A stretch of 64,000 bases of DNA from an uncultured Bacteroidota bacterium (GTDB lineage: Bacteria; Bacteroidota; Rhodothermia; Rhodothermales; DATKEJ01), in assembly GCA_963768715.1 (NCBI GenBank), contig CAVYJC010000010.1, positions 85,199 through 149,198 of the forward strand. The letters run 5' to 3'. The notes beneath the pieces are model-generated. The model saw nothing but the letters and a program-made list of their open reading frames with translations. It was not told where the DNA came from and ran no database searches. Shown one piece after another: positions 58,649-64,000 of the stretch; positions within the stretch are counted from its first letter, which is position 1; the number at the start of each line of letters is the position of its first letter. Position numbers and translations under genes: made by a program.

Positions 58649-60025
58649 TTGCGCCAGTTGCTACTGCTGCTGCTGGGTGTTTCGCTGCTCGCGGCGCCGG
58701 ACTCCAAGGCGCAGGAAGCTCCGGCCGACAATGTAGTTCTCGTGTCTATTGACGGACTTCGTTCCGAGTTCTACCTCGATCGATCGTGGCCTGCACCTTT
58801 TCTCCAGCGAATGGCGGCTGAGGGGGCATTTGCAGAAACCGTCCGAGGCGTATTCCCGACCTTGACGTATCCGTCGCACACGTCGATGGTTACCGGTGCG
58901 TTGCCGATTCGGCACGGAGTCTTTTACAACACGCCCTTTGAGACGAATGGCCCGACGGGTCTTTGGTACTGGGCATACGATTCCATCCGTGTCGAGACGA
59001 TTTGGGATGCCGCTCGGTCCGCTGGGCTGACGACGGCAAGTATCCACTGGCCGGTAACGCTCGGGGCCCCGATCGATTTCAACGTGCCGGAGGCCTGGCC
59101 ACTGGATCCAAACATATCGAGACGCTCATTCTTGAGTCAGGTGGCCAACCCGCCCGGCCTGTATGAGGAATTGGAGCGGGAGGCTGTCGGCAAGCTCGTC
59201 GACTACAACGCTTCGGGCCCAACCGAGCGTTGGCGCTACCGCTTCTTGGACGCAGCTGCCACCAAAATGACCGCCTACCTTCTGGCCACGCGCCGACCCA
59301 ACTTACTCACACTTCATCTGCTGTCGCTCGACGATGCCGAGCATGAAGGCCTGGACACACCGGCGGTACGAGAGGCTTTGGCCGCTGTGGATGCACTGGT
59401 TGGATACATTTCGAACACGATCGAAACGCTCGGAATGTCAGACCGAACGACGCTGATCGTGGCGGGCGATCATGGATTCATCGGGATTGATACCCTGATC
59501 GCTCCCAACGTCTGGCTCGTAGAAAACGATTTGCTTGGTCCGGAGAAGAATCGTGGAGATTGGAAAGCGGCGTTTCACACGAAGGGTGGGGCCGCATTCC
59601 TTCATTTGCGGACACCGGGTGACCGGAGCACCCTTGACCGCGTCAGTGAGATCCTCAACGGGCTGCCCGAGACCACGCGCGCACGATTTGAGGTGCTAAC
59701 CAGGGAAGATCTTCTTTCGCTGGGCGCTGACACAACGGCGGCGCTCGCCCTTGCGGCACGGCCCGGCACCGGATTTTCAGGCGCCAACCGGCCACCCGAC
59801 GTGGTTGCGAGTTCCGGCGCAACGCATGGCTTCCTGCCCGACGCGGCCCGAAGCATCTATACGGGCCTGATCGCCAAAGGACCGGGGATTCGCCGGGGGG
59901 CGTTCGCGGCGCAGATCAATCTCGTCGACGTTGCACCTCTGATTGGAAATCTGCTCGGAATCGAATTCGAGACCCCCGACGGCCGATTGCCCGTTTCACT
60001 TATCGCTGCGGATCCAACTCGGTGA
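58649..60025 (+). CDS. Alkaline phosphatase superfamily nucleotide pyrophosphatase/phosphodiesterase
   Basis: Signal peptide, VSIDGLR, FPTLTYPSH (Thr nucleophile), DDAEH, GDHG and ATHG. Confidence 0.9.
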   Translation: MRQLLLLLLGVSLLAAPDSKAQEAPADNVVLVSIDGLRSEFYLDRSWPAPFLQRMAAEGAFAETVRGVFPTLTYPSHTSMVTGALPIRHGVFYNTPFETNGPTGLWYWAYDSIRVETIWDAARSAGLTTASIHWPVTLGAPIDFNVPEAWPLDPNISRRSFLSQVANPPGLYEELEREAVGKLVDYNASGPTERWRYRFLDAAATKMTAYLLATRRPNLLTLHLLSLDDAEHEGLDTPAVREALAAVDALVGYISNTIETLGMSDRTTLIVAGDHGFIGIDTLIAPNVWLVENDLLGPEKNRGDWKAAFHTKGGAAFLHLRTPGDRSTLDRVSEILNGLPETTRARFEVLTREDLLSLGADTTAALALAARPGTGFSGANRPPDVVASSGATHGFLPDAARSIYTGLIAKGPGIRRGAFAAQINLVDVAPLIGNLLGIEFETPDGRLPVSLIAADPTR

Positions 60026-60890
60026 TGACCTCCGTCTGCAGCCACTTCATCAAGGCCTGCGTCACCCCGACAGGCTGATCCTCCTGGAGATAATGAATCC
60101 CGGCGCCTACGTCCACGACTTCCAGATTTCGGATGTTCGCGCGTGCCCAGGAGACGTCTGCCGTCCTGACAAGGGCGCCCGGCGTTGCGTGGAGCAACAG
60201 TTTGGGCGTTTCGGATCGGCCCAACCAAACCGCCCACCGCTCTGCAGCGCCCGCCACGTCGGCAGGTCGACCGTCTATCGGCACGTCGTTCGGCATTTTC
60301 CATAGTGGCTTTCGACTGCTGTACGTTCGGAACGGCCGTTCATATTCAGCAAGCACAGCCGGGTCGAGAGGTACCACGACACCCATCGGGAGGACCCTCT
60401 TGACGAACAGATTTAGCCCCTGGATCATCAACTGTCCAATCCCCGGCAGCCTGAAAAGCTTGAAGGCGAGCTTCGCACCCGAAGGAAAGTCCGTCCAACT
60501 GAGCGGCTTCAGGATTGTCTCAAAAAAGGCGACCGCGCGAATGTTTCGTTCGTGATGCATCGCATAGTAGAACCCGAGGGCTCCCCCCCAGTCGTGCCCC
60601 ACGATTGTGATGTTTCGGAGCTTCAGCGCATGAACGAATTCCTCGAGATACTTTGCGTGATCGAAGAACCTGTAGTCGATTCTCGGCTTCTGCGATCGAC
60701 CCATTCCAATCAGATCCGGAGCGATGCATCTCCCGAGCGTAGAAAGTTCGGGGATGATGTTTCGCCAGATGAATGACGAGGTCGGATTTCCGTGCAGGAG
60801 GAGAATAGGGTCCCCCTCTCCTTCTTCGAGGTAGTGCATCGTCGAACCTTGCACGTCGACGTACCTCGATTCAATGGGCATACCCGGCAT
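60000..60890 (-). CDS. Haloalkane dehalogenase (HLD-II-like alpha/beta hydrolase)
   Basis: HGNPTSS, APDLIGMG, GHDWGG (Asp nucleophile plus Trp), FFE and GIHYLQED. Confidence 0.9.
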   Translation of the reverse strand: MPGMPIESRYVDVQGSTMHYLEEGEGDPILLLHGNPTSSFIWRNIIPELSTLGRCIAPDLIGMGRSQKPRIDYRFFDHAKYLEEFVHALKLRNITIVGHDWGGALGFYYAMHHERNIRAVAFFETILKPLSWTDFPSGAKLAFKLFRLPGIGQLMIQGLNLFVKRVLPMGVVVPLDPAVLAEYERPFRTYSSRKPLWKMPNDVPIDGRPADVAGAAERWAVWLGRSETPKLLLHATPGALVRTADVSWARANIRNLEVVDVGAGIHYLQEDQPVGVTQALMKWLQTEVITELDPQR

Positions 60891-61075
60891 TGAGGCTTAC
60901 CAGTTGCACGCACCCAGGTTTTGTCCGCGAAACAATCCCTGACGCGTTTTGCTTCCCTGATGATTCACTGGATCGCCCCGCGTTGACGATCCACGCCATC
61001 AGGTGGAAAATACTGGATTAGCTGCGAAAAAACGCACGGGGCACCGTTTCACCCCCATGTCTGCCTCGGCGACCG

Positions 61076-62605
61076 TCAATCCGGAACCATCAAAACCTTG
61101 CGCTGGCGGTCGAGATCTGCGTGCATCCTGGCAACTTCCGGCGCCAGCGCGGGATCGTCATAGCGGCTGGTCATTTCACGTGGATCTGTTGCCAGGTCGT
61201 AGAACTCCCACTCGCCGATCTCATAAAAGTGTATGAGCTTGTATCGACCGTCAAAAACGCCGTCGTGCTTGCGCACGCTGTGCCACCCGGGAAACTCGTA
61301 GTAGTGATAATAAAGGCTTTGTCGCCAATCGGGCGGGTCTTGTCCTCTGAGAAGCGGCACGATGCTCATTCCCTGCATATCGGCAGGAATCTTAGCGCCG
61401 GCAGCCTCCAGCAGCGTCTCGGCAAAGTCCAGATTTGCAACCAGGTGCTCATCGAAGCTGCCGGGAGCGACCACCCCCGGCCAACGTACAAGCAGCGGCG
61501 TCCTGAACGACTCTTCGTACATCCAGCGCTTGTCAAACCAACCGTGCTCTCCCAGATAGAAGCCCTGATCTGACGAATAGACCACGATCGTATTGTCCGA
61601 CAGTCCGTTCGCGTCGAGAAAATCGAGTATCTCCCCGATGCTGTCGTCGACCGATCGGATGCACCGCAAATAGTCCTTCAGATAGCGTTGGTACTTCCAG
61701 CGGATGAAGTCGCGTCCCTCGGGTCGATTCTTGAAGAACTCCTCGTTCTTGGGCCCGTACGCGGCTTCCCAGACAGCTCGCTGCTCGTCCGTCATCCGGG
61801 CCATCGCCGGTTTATACCATTCCGATTCCCATTCAGGAGAGGGGACCTTCAGATCCAGATCCATGAACATGTCCTTGTCGATCGTCATCTCCTGTTCGTG
61901 AGCAGCAGTTCCTCGTCCATCATAGTTGTCGAAGAGGGTCTCCGGCTCGGGGATATCGACATCGTCAAAGAGGTGGAGATATTTGAGAGCCGGCGACCAT
62001 TCACGGTGCGGCGCTTTGTGCTGCATCATCAGCATGAACGGTCGGTCGGGATCGCGATCCTTCAGCCACGCAAGCGCCTTATTCGTGATTATGTCTGTCA
62101 CATATCCATGAACGCGCGTCGTGTCGCCGTCGCGTATGAACCAGGGATTGTAGTAGTACCCCTGCTTCGGCATCCGGTCCGAATAGTCGAATCCGGTCGG
62201 GACAGATTTCAGGTGCCATTTGCCGATGAAGGCTGTCTGGTAGCCGGCTGCCTGGAGCAGCTTCGGAAACGTCTGCTGGCTACCGTCAAACGGGAGCGCA
62301 TTATCGACGACGCCATTGAGATGGCTGTACTTCCCTGTCAGTACCACTGCGCGTGACGGCGCGCAGATCGAATTCGTCACATAGGCGTGATCGAATCGCA
62401 TCCCTTCATTCGCAATCCGATCGATGTTCGGTGTCGGGGCGACTTCCGCCAGACGACCGCCATACGCACTAATCGCTTGAAACGCATGATCGTCTGAAAA
62501 GAGGAAGAGAATGTTCGGCCGATCCTGTGCGCGCGTTAAGATCGGCGCCCCCAAACAAAGGATGAGAACCACTGCGAGGCGGCGGGGTATCCAAAACGAG
62601 TTCAT
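61076..62605 (-). CDS. Cys-type S1 sulfatase
   Basis: Signal peptide, [32 protein letters not shown] and [16 protein letters not shown]. Confidence 0.95.
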   Translation of the reverse strand: MNSFWIPRRLAVVLILCLGAPILTRAQDRPNILFLFSDDHAFQAISAYGGRLAEVAPTPNIDRIANEGMRFDHAYVTNSICAPSRAVVLTGKYSHLNGVVDNALPFDGSQQTFPKLLQAAGYQTAFIGKWHLKSVPTGFDYSDRMPKQGYYYNPWFIRDGDTTRVHGYVTDIITNKALAWLKDRDPDRPFMLMMQHKAPHREWSPALKYLHLFDDVDIPEPETLFDNYDGRGTAAHEQEMTIDKDMFMDLDLKVPSPEWESEWYKPAMARMTDEQRAVWEAAYGPKNEEFFKNRPEGRDFIRWKYQRYLKDYLRCIRSVDDSIGEILDFLDANGLSDNTIVVYSSDQGFYLGEHGWFDKRWMYEESFRTPLLVRWPGVVAPGSFDEHLVANLDFAETLLEAAGAKIPADMQGMSIVPLLRGQDPPDWRQSLYYHYYEFPGWHSVRKHDGVFDGRYKLIHFYEIGEWEFYDLATDPREMTSRYDDPALAPEVARMHADLDRQRKVLMVPD

Positions 62606-62636
62606 CGCAAGTGTGCTGTTTTCGTGGTGGGCACGA

Positions 62637-63608
62637 TCATGGGTCCTTCTTCCCGGGGGTTCTCACCCACCTGTGTGATCGTAGGGCCGACATCAATTGT
62701 GGGGGAAGGGCCCCTTTGTCGCTCGCTCTGAGATTCTCCTCGACGTGACCGCGTTTGCGCATGCCGGGGATCGTCGTTGCCACGTCGGGATTACCCAGGA
62801 TGAATCGAATGGCCATCTCCGGCAGGGATGATCCAGAAGGAACGAGTGGCTTCAGCGCCTCGGCGCGTTTGACGGAGGGAATGAGGTTCTCCTTCTGGAA
62901 ATAGGCATTCCGGAAATCACCCTCCGGCCACGACGAATCCTCCCTCAGATTGCCGGTCAGCGACCCCTCGTCGAAAGGAACGCGAGCGATCACAGCCACT
63001 CCGTGCTCCCGGCAGGCCGGGAGAAGCTCATCTTCGGGATTCTGATCGAAAATGTTATAAACGACCTGAACCGAATCGACCAATCCGCTGCGAACCGTGC
63101 GAACTCCATTCCACGGTTCCCATCGATTGATGCTGATGCCGATGCCGTGGATCAACCCCTGCGAGCGGAGGTCGTCGAGTGCATGGAACCAGCGGAGGTC
63201 GTCGATCCAGTCGTCCTCCCAAACGTGAAACTGAATCAGGTCGAACGAATCGATCCCGGCGTGCTCGAGACTTCCCGCCACATGCGCTTCGATGTGATCA
63301 GGAGGAAACGTATCGTTGAGGGAGACGCCACGCCTGCTCGGCCACTGTCGATTCTTGGGCGGGACCTTCGTTGCCGTATAGAGTCGCTTGCCCGCGTTGC
63401 GCCGGACAAGCTTCCCGAGGAGAGACTCGCTGTGACCCTCTCCATATGCCCAGGCGGTATCGAAAAAATTGCACCCAAGATCGACGCCTACCTGAAGTGA
63501 GGCGAGCGACTCGTCGTCGTGCGATCCTGACCAACTCCCCATGCCCCACATGCCGTAACCGACGTCGCTGACCTGCCATCCGAGTCTGCCGAACGTTCGA
63601 TAATTCAT
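62637..63608 (-). CDS. Aldo/keto reductase
   Basis: [27 protein letters not shown] and IPG. Start taken at 63608. Confidence 0.92.
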   Translation of the reverse strand: MNYRTFGRLGWQVSDVGYGMWGMGSWSGSHDDESLASLQVGVDLGCNFFDTAWAYGEGHSESLLGKLVRRNAGKRLYTATKVPPKNRQWPSRRGVSLNDTFPPDHIEAHVAGSLEHAGIDSFDLIQFHVWEDDWIDDLRWFHALDDLRSQGLIHGIGISINRWEPWNGVRTVRSGLVDSVQVVYNIFDQNPEDELLPACREHGVAVIARVPFDEGSLTGNLREDSSWPEGDFRNAYFQKENLIPSVKRAEALKPLVPSGSSLPEMAIRFILGNPDVATTIPGMRKRGHVEENLRASDKGALPPQLMSALRSHRWVRTPGKKDP

Positions 63609-63756
63609 AGCCGTGAGTTCCTGATTTGTCTTGCTGTCGGAAGGTAGTTGTAGCGGATGGCGGAGGCAAACCGTCACAGGCCTTGAACCATCAGCGCAGG
63701 AGAAACGTATAGGCCAAGTTTCTCGCCAGGCCGAAGGTACCGGCACCCTGTCTCAT

Positions 63757-64000
63757 ATGATCGAACAAATGCGAAACGTAATCTTGATTGTCCTTGCAGC
63801 GATCCTCTTTAGTGCGTGCAAGACCCGCGATGATGCAGCGAAAGAACCGAACGGTCTTGGTCTGAATGTCGCCTTGATGGACACCTCAGTGCGGCCACAG
63901 GATGATTTTTTCCGATACGCCAACGGTGCGTGGCTCAAGTCCGCCAAGATACCGGAGGATCGTGCCTATACCGCGAGTTTCGTCGAACTGCGCGATAGCG
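63757..64000 (+). CDS. M13 (neprilysin/PepO-like) metallopeptidase lipoprotein, 5' part
   Basis: Lipobox FSAC followed by MDTSVRPQDDFFRYANGAWL..IPED; open to the window end. Confidence 0.88.
   Translation, partial: MIEQMRNVILIVLAAILFSACKTRDDAAKEPNGLGLNVALMDTSVRPQDDFFRYANGAWLKSAKIPEDRAYTASFVELRDS

Overview
GC-rich bacterial chromosome segment, most consistent with an FCB-group organism of the Rhodothermota/Rhodothermales type. The basis is inference: an enlarged SecA, atpD-atpC detached from the rest of the atp operon with the FCB-type AtpD insertion, a PorQ-like T9SS gene and a DUF4290-like gene. The window is mostly core genome. It holds secA-recN-pgm, the tRNA(Thr,Tyr,Gly,Thr)-tuf-tRNA(Trp)-secE-nusG-rplKAJL-rpoBC cluster, tRNA-Gln-prs-rplY-pth-hppA, an E2 acyltransferase, atpDC, yebC-ruvC, tig-clpP, and assorted hydrolases and oxidoreductases. 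I see no IS element, prophage or CRISPR array. The most unusual signals are: (1) a full-length XerC/D-like tyrosine recombinase with both catalytic arginines replaced while K, H, H and Y are kept, followed by a small orphan ORF; (2) four spacers of the tRNA-tuf operon built from inverted arrays of a TGACTAA/TTAGTCA heptamer; (3) a tuf gene with sharply anomalous G/T-ending codon usage; (4) a deoC-ALDH operon with a translationally coupled half-ALDH that lacks the catalytic domain; (5) several structured RNA leaders; and (6) three frameshifted genes in the first 12 kb. All product calls come from motif recognition only, and no database search was run.
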